64,000 bases of DNA from Bacilli bacterium (GTDB taxonomy: Bacteria > Bacillota_I > Bacilli_A > RF39 > UBA660): the NCBI GenBank assembly GCA_051886215.1, contig JBJEXX010000038.1, positions 341 to 64,340 of the forward strand, given 5' to 3'. Shown piece by piece: positions 39,199-49,600 of the stretch (position 1 is the first letter of the stretch; each line of letters opens with the position of its first letter). Below the pieces are notes generated by a model, which had not been told where the DNA came from, did not search any database, and worked only from the letters and a program-made list of their open reading frames with translations. A program made the position numbers and the translations under genes.

Positions 39199-42100
39199 TT
39201 AGTCAAGATAACTTAAGGTATTAAGAATATCAATTAATAATTTAATATAATTATCCTCTATTTTAATTAAATCCAAAACTATTACTAATTTATTACCCAA
39301 AGTTTTAAATCTGAACATATTAGAAATATTAATTGAATCTACAAATAGTTTTTCTACATCTATACGTTTAGTAATTTTTTCAGAAAAAATCATCTCTACA
39401 AAATTTTTAGTTTGATTAATTTTTTCTACATGATATCTATCACATAATTTTTCAAACCATTCCTCATACATATAAAAGATTATATTCTCATCAACTTTAC
39501 CAAATCTATCTTCAATTTCTTGTTTAACTTTTGTAAAACTATCTAAAGAATCAATACTATTTATCAATTTATGTATTTCTATTTTCAAGTCATCATCATA
39601 AACATACTCATTTGAGATATGAGTCTGAACATTCAATAAAGCTTTATCATTCTTGTCTTCTTCGTCTGGCACTACATTACCTTTTAATCTTTCCACTTCT
39701 TCATTTAATATTTTTAAGTACAATTCTATACCTACAGAATCTATAAATCCAGCTTGTTCACTGCCAAGTATATCTCCTGCTCCTCTAATAGATAAGTCTC
39801 TAGTAGCAATTGCAAAACCACTTCCCAACTCTGTAAAATTTTTTATAACATCTAATCTTTTTTGAGCTGTTTCTTTTAAAATTTTCTTTCCGTCATACAT
39901 TAAATATGCATACGCTATCTTATCGCTTCTTCCAACTCTTCCCCTTATCTGATAAAGTTGTGATAACCCGAATCTATCTGCATCAATAACAATTAATGTA
40001 TTAGCATTACTAATATCAAGACCAGTTTCGATAATTGTAGTACATACTAAAACATCTGCCTCATGATTAATAAAACTAAACATTTTATCCTCTATTTCAT
40101 TTTTTGATAATTGTCCATGGACAAAATCTATTCTTGCTTCTGGAATTGCATTTTTTAATCGAAGTACCTCATTTTCTATAGTCTCTACTTTATTATATAG
40201 ATAAAATACTTGCCCACCTCTAGATATTTCTTTATAGATAGCGTCTTTTATTATATTTATGCTTTCTTCTATAACATAAGTTTGAACAGGAAATCTATTC
40301 ATAGGAGGAGTTTCAATCAAAGATAAACTTCTAATACCAACCATAGACATTTGTAAAGTTCTAGGAATTGGCGTAGCAGTCAAAGTTAAAACATCTACAT
40401 TAGTTTTATATTTTTTTATTTTTTCTTTATGTACCACTCCAAAACGTTGTTCTTCATCAATTACTAATAAACCTAAGTTTTTAGGTTTAACATCGTCACC
40501 TAGCAATCTATGTGTTCCAATTACCAAATCTATTTTTCCAGACTTCAATTCATCTAAAATACGTTTTTTTTCTTTTGCTGAGGTAAACCTATTTAATAAA
40601 CCAATATTTACTGGAAAATCCCTAAATCTATTTAAGGCATTTTCATAGTGTTGATTAGATAAAATAGTTGTAGGACATAAATACAAAACTTGCTTAGAAT
40701 TTGCAATAGCTTTAAATATAGCGCGAAATGCCACTTCAGTTTTTCCGTATCCAACATCCCCACATAATAATCTATCCATAGGATGATTTGATTCCATATC
40801 TTGTTTTATCTGTCGAATAACCAATTCTTGATCCGGAGTTAATTTATATTCAAATTGATTTTCAAAAATCAACTGCAATTCATCATCTTTTGCAAATGAA
40901 AAACCTTTTTCCATTTGTCTTTTTGCGTACAAATTAATTAATGACTTAGCTATATCTCTAACTCTATTTCTAACCCTAGCTTTAGTTTTTTGCCAGTCGG
41001 TTCCACCCAACTTGGATACTTTTGGTCTTACTCCTTCCTTACCACTAAATTTACTAATATAATCTATTTTTTCAACTGGTATATATAATTTATCAGTACC
41101 CTGATATAAAAGCTCTATATAATCTTTTTCAATTCCATTTTGCTTTAAAACTTTTATCCCATTATAAATACCTATACCATGAACATCGTGAACAATATAA
41201 TCTCCAATATTTATTTTATTTATATCATGTATTTTAGAAGCATATTTAAATTTTGTTCTATAATTTTTATGATTATTAGCTATCTTAAAAATATTTTTTT
41301 GAGAAATAAATATATAATTTTTATAAATAAATCCAGATGAAAGAGAAGCATCTACTAAGTTAACTTCATCAACATATAAATGATCGAAATCAGTTTCTAC
41401 TGAAGTATAATCCAACAATTTACTAATTTTTTTAATTTGATTAGAATTCAAACAAAAAGTTATTACTTTATCTTTATGTTTCTTTATAAATTCATTAATT
41501 TGAGATATATTTTCATTAAAATCTTCAAGTTCCTTAACCCCATAATTTATCAAATTTTTAGTAGAATAATTATTTATATTTAAATAATCTATTTTTTTAG
41601 TTATATGTATATCCTCAATATTTAAAAAATAATCTCCTTTGAATTCCTTATCACGTTCTTTATTATAATCAATACTTTCTTTTTTTATTTTAGTAAAAAG
41701 CGCACAAAGTTGCTTATAATTTTTAAATACTACTATTGGATCATTACAATAATCAAACAAAGATGATGCTGATTTAAAAGAATAAAATTTACTTTTACGA
41801 TCATCTTCATTTAAACATAAAACATCGGAAAAAGGTCTAATAATTATATCATCAATTTCATTTATAGTTCTTTGATTTTCTTCATCAAAAATACGTATTG
41901 ACTCTACTTCATCACCAAAAAATTCTATTCTCCACGGTCTTTCTTCACCTATCGCAAAAATGTCTATAATAAAACCACGTATACCAAATTCACCAGTTGA
42001 TGTTACCACCGTTTCCTTATGATATCCAAGATAATATAACTTATCTATCAAATCTTTTTGCTCAATTTCTTGCCCAACCTTAAGTTCTAATATCGAGGTT

Positions 42101-42471
42101 TCATATTCATCAACAGTTGGTAAAAAGTGAACATATCCCTCCAAATGTGTAATAATTATATTCTTTATTTTTTTATTTCCTAATTCATTTAATGTTTCTA
42201 ATCTTGTTATCATTAAATCTGGACTCATTGATAAAGCTTCACTAGTTAAAAAATCATCCATCGGAAACAATAAAACTCGATCAGTATAATTTTGAATTGA
42301 ATTATAGATTAGGTTAGCTTCATATAAGCTTGGCATTACAACTAATATATTATCATCTTTATTAATAAGCAAATTATATAAATAAACAGCAAAAAAATCA
42401 TCAGATAATCCCGTTATACTGATGTCAGTTTTTAAAAAATTATTATCTATAATTTTGCCAATTGATATCAT
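39199..42471 (-). CDS. mfd: transcription-repair coupling factor
   Basis: 1090 aa with a UvrB-homology N-terminus, CarD/RID region, SF2 helicase motifs (GDVGYGKTEV, DEEQRFG) and a TRG motif. pth-mfd synteny. Confidence 0.96.
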   Translation of the reverse strand: MISIGKIIDNNFLKTDISITGLSDDFFAVYLYNLLINKDDNILVVMPSLYEANLIYNSIQNYTDRVLLFPMDDFLTSEALSMSPDLMITRLETLNELGNKKIKNIIITHLEGYVHFLPTVDEYETSILELKVGQEIEQKDLIDKLYYLGYHKETVVTSTGEFGIRGFIIDIFAIGEERPWRIEFFGDEVESIRIFDEENQRTINEIDDIIIRPFSDVLCLNEDDRKSKFYSFKSASSLFDYCNDPIVVFKNYKQLCALFTKIKKESIDYNKERDKEFKGDYFLNIEDIHITKKIDYLNINNYSTKNLINYGVKELEDFNENISQINEFIKKHKDKVITFCLNSNQIKKISKLLDYTSVETDFDHLYVDEVNLVDASLSSGFIYKNYIFISQKNIFKIANNHKNYRTKFKYASKIHDINKINIGDYIVHDVHGIGIYNGIKVLKQNGIEKDYIELLYQGTDKLYIPVEKIDYISKFSGKEGVRPKVSKLGGTDWQKTKARVRNRVRDIAKSLINLYAKRQMEKGFSFAKDDELQLIFENQFEYKLTPDQELVIRQIKQDMESNHPMDRLLCGDVGYGKTEVAFRAIFKAIANSKQVLYLCPTTILSNQHYENALNRFRDFPVNIGLLNRFTSAKEKKRILDELKSGKIDLVIGTHRLLGDDVKPKNLGLLVIDEEQRFGVVHKEKIKKYKTNVDVLTLTATPIPRTLQMSMVGIRSLSLIETPPMNRFPVQTYVIEESINIIKDAIYKEISRGGQVFYLYNKVETIENEVLRLKNAIPEARIDFVHGQLSKNEIEDKMFSFINHEADVLVCTTIIETGLDISNANTLIVIDADRFGLSQLYQIRGRVGRSDKIAYAYLMYDGKKILKETAQKRLDVIKNFTELGSGFAIATRDLSIRGAGDILGSEQAGFIDSVGIELYLKILNEEVERLKGNVVPDEEDKNDKALLNVQTHISNEYVYDDDLKIEIHKLINSIDSLDSFTKVKQEIEDRFGKVDENIIFYMYEEWFEKLCDRYHVEKINQTKNFVEMIFSEKITKRIDVEKLFVDSINISNMFRFKTLGNKLVIVLDLIKIEDNYIKLLIDILNTLSYLD

Positions 42472-42473
42472 AA

Positions 42474-43046
42474 TTATTTTATTCCATTCTTACTATTATA
42501 TTTAGACATTAAAATATTAAAATCTTCTACAAAAAATTCTTCTAATATTTTGTTTATAACAATATGTAAATCATCTAATTTTTCTTGTTCTACTTTACTG
42601 AATTTTCCTAAAACATAATCTTTAGTAGATATTGTTTTATTATTGGAGATACCTATTTTTAATCTTTTATAATTAGATGTTTTTAAATGCAATTCAATAT
42701 TTTTAAGACCATTATGTCCTCCACTAGAACCTTTACTTTTTAATTTATAATTACCAATATATAAATCTAAATCATCACTAATAACTAAAATATCTTCAAC
42801 ATCTATATTAAAATAATTTACAAATTTTTCTACTACTTCTCCAGATAAATTCATATAAGATAATGGTTTTAGAAATAAAACATCCACATTATTAATTTTA
42901 GTTTTTAAATATTGACCATTAAATTTAGTTTTATTAAATTCTAAACCCAAACTATTAACAAATGAATCTAAAAACATAAAACCAATATTATGTCTTGTAT
43001 TAGCATATTCTTTGCCTGGATTACCTAAACCAACTATTAATTTCAT
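42474..43046 (-). CDS. pth: peptidyl-tRNA hydrolase
   Basis: 190 aa with MKLIVGLGNPG...TRHNIGF and SSGGHNGLK motifs. Confidence 0.96.
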   Translation of the reverse strand: MKLIVGLGNPGKEYANTRHNIGFMFLDSFVNSLGLEFNKTKFNGQYLKTKINNVDVLFLKPLSYMNLSGEVVEKFVNYFNIDVEDILVISDDLDLYIGNYKLKSKGSSGGHNGLKNIELHLKTSNYKRLKIGISNNKTISTKDYVLGKFSKVEQEKLDDLHIVINKILEEFFVEDFNILMSKYNSKNGIK

Positions 43047-43062
43047 AAAATCACCTTCCTCT

Positions 43063-43084
43063 AATTATTTCCCGGGAAATAATT
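43063..43084. promoter_or_regulatory. Noc-binding site (NBS) copy 1
   Basis: AATTATTTCCCGGGAAATAATT, with palindromy extending to 26 bp (43061-43086). The core 43066-43081, TATTTCCCGGGAAATA, equals the B. subtilis NBS consensus. It lies between the rsmI stop and the pth Shine-Dalgarno. Confidence 0.8.
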
Positions 43085-43089
43085 AGTAT

Positions 43090-43929
43090 CTACTTATTCA
43101 AATGATATTGCTTATATATATCAGATTTTTTTTCATTTCTGTCTTTTGCAACTAATTTTATTGCATCCTTCTCATTATTTCCCTCATCTATATACATTTT
43201 AACATGTTCTACTATAGACATATCAGAAAAATTAAGAACTTCGTTATTTCCCTCTATTACAATTACAAATTCTCCTTTTAAAATTATATCATGATCTAAT
43301 AATTCTTTAATTGTCCCACGATATATTTCCTCATGTATTTTTGTTAATTCTCTACAAATACAAATGTTTCTATCTCCAAAAACTTTATATACATCTTGTA
43401 AGAAATCATTTATTCTATGTACTGCCTCATAAAACACCAAAGTATAAGGTAAACTCTTTAAAACATTTAATTCTTTAATTCTTTTACTGCTTTTAGAATT
43501 TAAAAAACCATAAAACAAAAAATGAGTAGAATCAATTCCGGATACCATAAGTGCAGGAATTGCTGCAGTAGCCCCAGGAAGACCAATCACATTAACTCCA
43601 TTTTTTGCTAAATACTCAACCACTTTATATCCAGGGTCACTTAAAATAGGAGAGCCTTGATCTGTTACTAATCCTATATTTAATCCGTTTTTTACATCAA
43701 TTAATACTTGTTTTTTTATAATATCTTCGTTATGTTCATGACAACTAACTAATTTTTTCTTTATATTAAAATGATTTAACAATATCCTAGTGACTCTAGT
43801 ATCTTCACATAAAACATAATCAACTTTTTCTAATAAATTTAATGTTCTAATAGTTATATCTTCAAAATTACCAATAGGAGTTGGAAGAAGATATAAGCTT
43901 GACTGATTATTATAACTATTTTGAATCAT
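43090..43929 (-). CDS. rsmI: 16S rRNA (cytidine1402-2-prime-O)-methyltransferase
   Basis: 279 aa of the tetrapyrrole-methylase-fold RsmI family (LYLLPTPIGN, CEDTR, GLPGATA). Confidence 0.92.
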   Translation of the reverse strand: MIQNSYNNQSSLYLLPTPIGNFEDITIRTLNLLEKVDYVLCEDTRVTRILLNHFNIKKKLVSCHEHNEDIIKKQVLIDVKNGLNIGLVTDQGSPILSDPGYKVVEYLAKNGVNVIGLPGATAAIPALMVSGIDSTHFLFYGFLNSKSSKRIKELNVLKSLPYTLVFYEAVHRINDFLQDVYKVFGDRNICICRELTKIHEEIYRGTIKELLDHDIILKGEFVIVIEGNNEVLNFSDMSIVEHVKMYIDEGNNEKDAIKLVAKDRNEKKSDIYKQYHLNK

Positions 43930-44647
43930 CTACATCACCTAACATTTCTATAATTTCTTCTGTATATATATTTTGATTTTTATATATAATAATTGGTTTT
44001 TCTATAATTAAATTATCTTTCCCATTTTTTATACAATCTATTAAAAATAATTTACTAGGAGAATTAATATATGGATGAACAAACATAATCCTCTTTGGAA
44101 TTAAATTATTCATTCTCAGTTTATTAATTATTTCTATTAATCTTTCAGTCCTATGTATCATATAAAAATGACCTTTATTATTTAATAAATAATTTACCTT
44201 TTTTAATATATTATCTAAATCAATCATCTTTTCATGTCGGGCAATTGTTTTACTATATGCTGCATTTTCTTTATTATTTTTAAAATATGGAGGATTAATA
44301 GAAACTATATCATAAGAATTAATACTAAAATATTTATTAACATCCATGATATTGTAATTATATAAATTAATATACTTTTCCAAAGAATTTGCTTCTACCG
44401 TTTTTTCGCCTAAAGAAAATATGTTTTTTTGAATTTCAATACAATCTACTTTTATACCATATTTTTTCACTAATATTAAAGGAATTGGAATATTTCCTGT
44501 AGCTAAATCAATTATTTTCTTATTTATACCTACATTCATAAAATTAGCAAGAAGCACAGAATCTAAACTATAACAAAAAGAATCTTTATCTTGAAATATA
44601 TAAGTATTCTTATAATTTAAAAATTTTTCTTTAACTACTTTTGTCAT
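43916..44647 (-). CDS. tRNA (adenine-N6)-methyltransferase, YabB/TrmN6-like
   Basis: SAM-binding fold with the NPPYF catalytic motif. ATG at 44647 is preferred (the track ORF starts at 44674). It overlaps the ricT 3-prime end. Confidence 0.8.
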   Translation of the reverse strand: MTKVVKEKFLNYKNTYIFQDKDSFCYSLDSVLLANFMNVGINKKIIDLATGNIPIPLILVKKYGIKVDCIEIQKNIFSLGEKTVEANSLEKYINLYNYNIMDVNKYFSINSYDIVSINPPYFKNNKENAAYSKTIARHEKMIDLDNILKKVNYLLNNKGHFYMIHRTERLIEIINKLRMNNLIPKRIMFVHPYINSPSKLFLIDCIKNGKDNLIIEKPIIIYKNQNIYTEEIIEMLGDVDDSK

Positions 44648-45422
44648 TTTCCATAATAATAGATGTGTTATCATTAAATTCTACTTTATATGTATTATTT
44701 AATATATTAACTTCTACTACCTTTCCACTCCTGCCTTCTATATTAACAATATTACCTATTGCAGGCAATTCTTTTTTTAATTCAGTATATATATCATCTT
44801 CATAATTAAGACAACATAATAATCTTCCACATTGACCGTTTATTTTAGTAGGATTCAAAGATAAAAATTGATTTTTAGCCATATTTATAGAAACGCTTTC
44901 AAATTCTTCTAAAAAGCTATTACAACAAAGAACTCTTCCACAAGGACCTAAACCTCCAATTATTTTAGCTTTATCTCTTATCCCTACTTGTCTTAACTCT
45001 ATTCTTGTTTTAAATACTTGAGCCAATTTTTTAGCTAATTCACGAAAATCCACCCTATCAGCAGAAGCATATCTTATGAATAATTGTTCTCTATTAAAAG
45101 AAAAAGATGCACTAATAAATCTCATTGGTAAATCTAATTGTTTTGCTATTGATGCTGCTTTTGAGAGAGCTTTTTCTTCTTCTTTAATATTTTCATTATT
45201 CTTTTTTATATCATCTTTGTTTGCAATTCTAACAACTCTATTTAAAGGAAAAACAACGTCATCATCTTTAAATTCTTTTTCTATAGTATTAACTATACCA
45301 AAAGCTGTATAATTTTCCATTTCTACTATTACTTTATCATTTTTTTTAAAATGTTGTCCTAACGGATCACAATAACGTACAGTTTTGCTATCTTTCAATA
45401 TAACTCCTACTAGTTTATACAT
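44631..45422 (-). CDS. ricT: PSP1-domain regulatory iron-sulfur protein RicT (YaaT)
   Basis: 263 aa with a PSP1 domain and Cys clusters (GPCGRVLCC, GQCGRLLCCLNYE). holB-yaaT synteny. Confidence 0.9.
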   Translation of the reverse strand: MYKLVGVILKDSKTVRYCDPLGQHFKKNDKVIVEMENYTAFGIVNTIEKEFKDDDVVFPLNRVVRIANKDDIKKNNENIKEEEKALSKAASIAKQLDLPMRFISASFSFNREQLFIRYASADRVDFRELAKKLAQVFKTRIELRQVGIRDKAKIIGGLGPCGRVLCCNSFLEEFESVSINMAKNQFLSLNPTKINGQCGRLLCCLNYEDDIYTELKKELPAIGNIVNIEGRSGKVVEVNILNNTYKVEFNDNTSIIMENDKSS

Positions 45423-45423
45423 A

Positions 45424-46203
45424 TTACACCTCTAACATTTCTAAGACTAATGCGTCAATAAATAATTTCATATTAAGATTAAATTTCAAATTCTGTTTAT
45501 ATTTTTCTATTATTTCAATAATAGTCAAATTAGATATATCATCCTTTTTATTTAAACAGTAATTTTCTACTCTATCCAAGAAAAGTAAAAACTCCTCCTT
45601 TGTCAAAGTATATAAATTATTATTTTCTAAAAATAGTTCTAATTCTTTATCTTTAATTTTTTTTACAAAAGTTTCTACATGTTCAAAATTATTTTCATCT
45701 TGTGGTTTTTCTATAGGTACCAAAGGTAATATTTGGCATCTAGAAATAATAGTATTTATAACTTGATATCTATTATTAGAAACTAATATACCAACGATAT
45801 TATCAGCAGGCTCTTCTAAAAATTTTAATAATGTATTTGCCGAAGAAGCATTTAAATACTCTGCTCCATCTATTATATAGATTACATATTTCCCTAATAT
45901 TGGCCTTTCCATACAAGAATTTTTTAAATTAATAATATCTTCTTTTTTAATCATTTTTCCTTCAGAAGTTAAAAACTTTATTTCTGGATAATTAAATGAT
46001 TCATCTATTAAATTTATATTATTAACAGATGTACTTTCTTCTAATATTTTTTTACACATCTGTACTAAAACTTTTTTATAATCATAGTAATCATTAGTTT
46101 CTATGAAATATGCATGAGAAAGTTTTTTGTTCTCTATTACATTATTAAAATAGTTAAAAAATTCTTCTTGTTCCCTAATTACCTTCTCATCCACAATATT
46201 CAC
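45424..46203 (-). CDS. holB: DNA polymerase III subunit delta-prime
   Basis: 259 aa. It has an AAA+-like clamp-loader fold lacking a P-loop (LSHAYFIE, NTLLKFLEEP, SRCQ). Confidence 0.8.
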   Translation of the reverse strand: MNIVDEKVIREQEEFFNYFNNVIENKKLSHAYFIETNDYYDYKKVLVQMCKKILEESTSVNNINLIDESFNYPEIKFLTSEGKMIKKEDIINLKNSCMERPILGKYVIYIIDGAEYLNASSANTLLKFLEEPADNIVGILVSNNRYQVINTIISRCQILPLVPIEKPQDENNFEHVETFVKKIKDKELELFLENNNLYTLTKEEFLLFLDRVENYCLNKKDDISNLTIIEIIEKYKQNLKFNLNMKLFIDALVLEMLEV

Positions 46204-46204
46204 C

Positions 46205-46393
46205 TCAATAAATAATTAAATATAAAAAAATTAAAGACATTAAAGCCGGTGTTCCAAATATAGAAACTAACAAAATTGTTATAATATTAATTGGAATTAT
46301 ACAATTAAATTGAACCCCTATAAGATTATAACCATAAAGAATAAAAAATCCTAAAAAAATTTTTTTTATTATGAAGATTATTTTTTTTAACAT
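46205..46393 (-). CDS. bofA: BofA-like pro-sigma-K processing inhibitor
   Basis: Small two-TM protein. IIPINIITILLVSIFGTPALMSL aligns with B. subtilis BofA HIPINLVTTAISGILGIPGIAAL. GGTGAT Shine-Dalgarno before the ATG at 46393. recR-bofA synteny. Confidence 0.65.
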   Translation of the reverse strand: MLKKIIFIIKKIFLGFFILYGYNLIGVQFNCIIPINIITILLVSIFGTPALMSLIFLYLIIY

Positions 46394-46434
46394 ATATATC
46401 ACCAAAAAAATATATGATGATAAATTTGACGATA

Positions 46435-47028
46435 TTACAATGTAGTTCTGTCTTTCAAAGCTCTTTCCAAAGTCAATACATCTAAATATTCAATATCAGC
46501 GCCCATAGGAATACCACTTGCAATCTTTGATATTTTTATGTTCATATCTTCTAATATTCTTTTTATGTATAGTGATGTTGTTTCACCTTCAACACTTGGC
46601 TTGACAGCTAAAACAATCTCTTTGAAATTGCCTTTCTTAATTCTGGTAATAAGTTTATCTAACCCAATATCATCTGGAGTTATACCATCAATAGGACTAA
46701 TTAAACCATCTAACACATGATATAAACCATTATAAATCCCCATCTTTTCAAACAAGAAAATGCTTTTAGAATCATCTACTATACATAAAATTGTAGAATC
46801 TCTTAAAGTATTTGAGCATATATTACATGTATCTTCATCTGTTAAAACGTTACAAGTTTTACATTTTTTGATATTTTTTTGTAAATTAATAAGATTTTTA
46901 GCAATATTCTCAACATTTTCAGTTTCCATATTTAAAACAGAAAAAGCTAATCTTTCAGCAGTGCGTTCACCTATTCCTGGAAATAGTTTAAATGAATCAA
47001 CTACTTTTTTTAAACTATCTGGATACAT
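46435..47028 (-). CDS. recR: recombination protein RecR
   Basis: 197 aa with an HhH (LPGIGERTAERLAF), a C4 zinc finger (CKTCNVLTDEDTCNIC) and a Toprim domain. Confidence 0.97.
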   Translation of the reverse strand: MYPDSLKKVVDSFKLFPGIGERTAERLAFSVLNMETENVENIAKNLINLQKNIKKCKTCNVLTDEDTCNICSNTLRDSTILCIVDDSKSIFLFEKMGIYNGLYHVLDGLISPIDGITPDDIGLDKLITRIKKGNFKEIVLAVKPSVEGETTSLYIKRILEDMNIKISKIASGIPMGADIEYLDVLTLERALKDRTTL

Positions 47029-47029
47029 T

Positions 47030-47329
47030 TTAGAAAATACCTGGCATTAAATTAGAATACTTACTCATTCTTTTTTCTGTTTCTGCATCAACTTGTTTCA
47101 TTGCATCATTTATAGCTAAAAGTAAAACATCTTGTAACATTTCTAAGTCTTCTTTACTTAATTCAATATTATCATCAATCTTAATTTCTATAACTTCTTT
47201 CTTACCATTAACCTTAACAGTTACAAAAGAATTTGAACCTGTAAAAATTGTTTGATCAATTTCGTTTTTTGTTTTCATCATATCTTTTTGTAATGTTTGA
47301 GCCTGTCGCATAATTGCTTGCATATTCAT
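47030..47329 (-). CDS. ybaB: nucleoid-associated protein YbaB/EbfC
   Basis: 99 aa. MNMQAIMRQAQTLQKDMMK... is typical of YbaB. dnaX-ybaB-recR synteny. Confidence 0.95.
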   Translation of the reverse strand: MNMQAIMRQAQTLQKDMMKTKNEIDQTIFTGSNSFVTVKVNGKKEVIEIKIDDNIELSKEDLEMLQDVLLLAINDAMKQVDAETEKRMSKYSNLMPGIF

Positions 47330-47346
47330 AATAAATCTCCTCTTTT

Positions 47347-48996
47347 CTATTCATATTCAACAATATCTCTACCAAATATTATATCAGCTTGTACCTCATT
47401 TGCGCTACTGTTTTTTTTCTCTTCCCTCTCAATAATAGAGGAATCATCTTGTAATTTATAAGTATAACCTTCTTTCGTTTTCTTAATATACTCAGTTTTT
47501 TCTTTTTGCCATTGTTTCTTAGTAACAAAAGCAATATAAATTTCTATTCCTAACAGTTTTTCTATTGATTTTATTAATTCATCATACAATTGTAATGCAC
47601 GATTAACCAAAGACTCATACATAAAACTTAATATTACATATTTATCGCCGACCGCACATATTTCAGCATCAAGTAAAAAAGATACATTACTACCATAATT
47701 ACTATCTAAAACAAATTCATTTAATTTGCTCCACATATTCTTAAAATCATTCAATTTACTTTTAGAAGCTGTTGCAAAAGTATTATTTATAATAATATCA
47801 TTATGAACAATAACTGTGTTTGTTTTTTTATTTTCTGACTTTTCTACTTTATTATTATTATCTACTTTTTTCATAGAATCTTTATCAACAGAAACTTTGT
47901 TTTTATTTAACGAACTTGTATCTGTAAATATATTATTTTCATTTAATTTTTTTTCTTTAGTTGTATTATTAAATTCATCTTTGTTTAACATTTCTTTAGC
48001 AATCAATGCAATTGATATACCTCTAGGATTAGTAGAAGTTTTTAAAACATTACAAACTTCATTTAAGACCTCAATATAACGAACAATATTTCGTATCTTT
48101 TTTTTGTCTTCAATATCATTTATCAAACATTCTCGTAAATAATCAATTATTTGAGAAAAGAATACAGATAAATTTATTCCAGTAAGATATTTTTTATCAA
48201 TAATATTAACTACATTTTCAATATTATTTTCAAACAAATCACTTGTAAAATTTTCAATATCTTCATTACTAACAAAACCGCAAAGTTTATCAAAATCTTC
48301 AATTGTTATGTTGTTACCAAACAAACTCACCTTTTCTAGCATACCTATAGCGTCACGCATACCACCATTACAATATGTAGCGATTTTATATAAAATTTTA
48401 TCATCAACCATAATTTTTTCTTGCGACGCTATATACTTTAAATTACTAACAATATCTTCAATAGATATTTGTGTAAAATTATAACATTGACACCTAGATT
48501 TTATAGTTAACGGAACCTTCTGTGGATCTGTAGTTGCTAGAATAAAAATGATATGTTGTGGTGGTTCTTCTAAAGTTTTTAATAGAGCATTAAATGCACC
48601 AGTTGATAACATATGAACTTCATCAATAATATATACTTTATATTTTAAAGAAGAACAAGCTAATTTAATATTATTTCTTAATTCACGTATTTCATCCACT
48701 CCATTATTAGATGCCGCATCTATTTCAATGATATCCACAGCATTATTATTATTTATTTCTAAACAATTAGAACATTGTTCGCAGGAAACACCATCTTTCA
48801 TATTTAAACAATTAACAGTTTTAGCAAAAACCTTAGCAGTAGTTGTTTTTCCTGTTCCTCTTGGACCGCTGAATAAATAAGCATGTGATATTTTATTATT
48901 AATAATAGAGTTTTTTAAAATTTTTACAATAAAATTTTGTCCAACTATTCTCTCAAAAGTATCAGGACGATATTTTCTGTATAGAGATTGATACAT
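47347..48996 (-). CDS. dnaX: DNA polymerase III subunits gamma/tau
   Basis: MYQSLYRKYRP start at 48996, 6 nt after a GGGGGA Shine-Dalgarno (the track ORF starts 2 codons earlier). Walker A GPRGTGKTT, a zinc module (CxxCxxC) and DEVHML. Confidence 0.95.
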   Translation of the reverse strand: MYQSLYRKYRPDTFERIVGQNFIVKILKNSIINNKISHAYLFSGPRGTGKTTTAKVFAKTVNCLNMKDGVSCEQCSNCLEINNNNAVDIIEIDAASNNGVDEIRELRNNIKLACSSLKYKVYIIDEVHMLSTGAFNALLKTLEEPPQHIIFILATTDPQKVPLTIKSRCQCYNFTQISIEDIVSNLKYIASQEKIMVDDKILYKIATYCNGGMRDAIGMLEKVSLFGNNITIEDFDKLCGFVSNEDIENFTSDLFENNIENVVNIIDKKYLTGINLSVFFSQIIDYLRECLINDIEDKKKIRNIVRYIEVLNEVCNVLKTSTNPRGISIALIAKEMLNKDEFNNTTKEKKLNENNIFTDTSSLNKNKVSVDKDSMKKVDNNNKVEKSENKKTNTVIVHNDIIINNTFATASKSKLNDFKNMWSKLNEFVLDSNYGSNVSFLLDAEICAVGDKYVILSFMYESLVNRALQLYDELIKSIEKLLGIEIYIAFVTKKQWQKEKTEYIKKTKEGYTYKLQDDSSIIEREEKKNSSANEVQADIIFGRDIVEYE

Positions 48997-49019
48997 AAGC
49001 ATTCCCCCGTTCTATAAAA

Positions 49020-49048
49020 ATTATATCATTTTTATTTTTTAAAGTAAA
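49020..49048 (-). promoter_or_regulatory. candidate sigma-A promoter for dnaX
   Basis: TTTACT, 17-bp spacer, extended -10 TGaTATAAT on the minus strand. NBS copy 2 begins 8 bp upstream of the -35. Confidence 0.5.
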
Positions 49049-49058
49049 TTTTTAAAAT

Positions 49059-49080
49059 AATTATTTCCCGGGAAATAATT
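49059..49080. promoter_or_regulatory. Noc-binding site (NBS) copy 2
   Basis: AATTATTTCCCGGGAAATAATT, in a 26-bp palindrome at 49057-49082. The core is 49062-49077. It overlaps the tadA stop codon. Confidence 0.8.
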
Positions 49081-49498
49081 ATCTTCTAACAAAGAAAAAA
49101 GAATTTAATATTTTAGAGCATTTTTTACTTAAAAAATACTTTTTTATCCTTTTTTTTAATAATTTTTCACATATTTCATTATATAATATATCATTATTTC
49201 TAGTACCTATATATATTTTTTTTAAATTATACATAAATATTGTTCCAGAACACATAGGGCAAGGTATTAAAGTAGTATATAAAAATATAGAATTTAATTT
49301 ATTTTTATCTACTTTTTTCAAACATTCTATTTCAGCATGATAAAATTCATTTTTTTCTTTTGATTTTTGATTTTTTTCTTTTACCAAAATATTTTTTTTA
49401 TCAGTTATTATACTTCCTACTGGAACATTATTATTTAAAAAAGCAATTAAACTTTCTTTATATGCACTTTGTAAATAAAAAACATCATTATTTTTCAT
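49079..49498 (-). CDS. tadA: tRNA-specific adenosine deaminase (CDA fold)
   Basis: 139 aa with HAEIECL and PCPMCSG zinc-binding motifs. Its position next to dnaX matches B. subtilis yaaJ/tadA. Confidence 0.8.
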   Translation of the reverse strand: MKNNDVFYLQSAYKESLIAFLNNNVPVGSIITDKKNILVKEKNQKSKEKNEFYHAEIECLKKVDKNKLNSIFLYTTLIPCPMCSGTIFMYNLKKIYIGTRNNDILYNEICEKLLKKRIKKYFLSKKCSKILNSFFFVRR

Positions 49499-49511
49499 AT
49501 TTCACCTACTA

Positions 49512-49593
49512 TAAAAAAATGACGCACATAAATCAAATTATTAAGGCTGCTATTTTCCAATCCTGACCTGGTTCTAATTCTTTTTATTGCGTC
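49512..49593 (-). ncRNA. ffs: signal recognition particle RNA, minimal 4.5S type
   Basis: Minus-sense GACGCA...ACCAGGUCAGGAUUGGAAAAUAGCAGCCUUAA...UGCGUC. This matches the domain IV consensus ACCAGGUCAGGUCCGGAAGGAAGCAGCC, with a compensatory UCC/GGA to AUU/AAU change around the GGAA tetraloop. The terminal helix is GACGCA/UGCGUC, followed by a U7 tract. It has its own promoter. Confidence 0.85.
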
Positions 49594-49600
49594 GATATAT

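Noticed and set aside
43061-43086. The CCCGGG palindromes interpreted as intrinsic terminators, REP-type repeats or CodY boxes (AATTTTCWGAAAATT).
   Set aside because: The stem is almost entirely A-U, with only three G-C pairs that must form the loop. No U-tract follows in three of the four copies. The match to CodY is only superficial. The central 16 bp is an exact match to the Noc NBS, which explains the perfect conservation better. An additional RNA-level role is not excluded.
49003-49078. SRP RNA expected between tadA and dnaX, as in B. subtilis.
   Set aside because: The 76-bp gap contains only the NBS palindrome and the dnaX promoter. The SRP RNA was found instead at 49512-49593.
49360-49566. 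Plus-strand 68-aa ORF spanning the tadA 5-prime end and the gap.
   Set aside because: It overlaps tadA and the SRP RNA hairpin on the opposite strand, and it has no Shine-Dalgarno.
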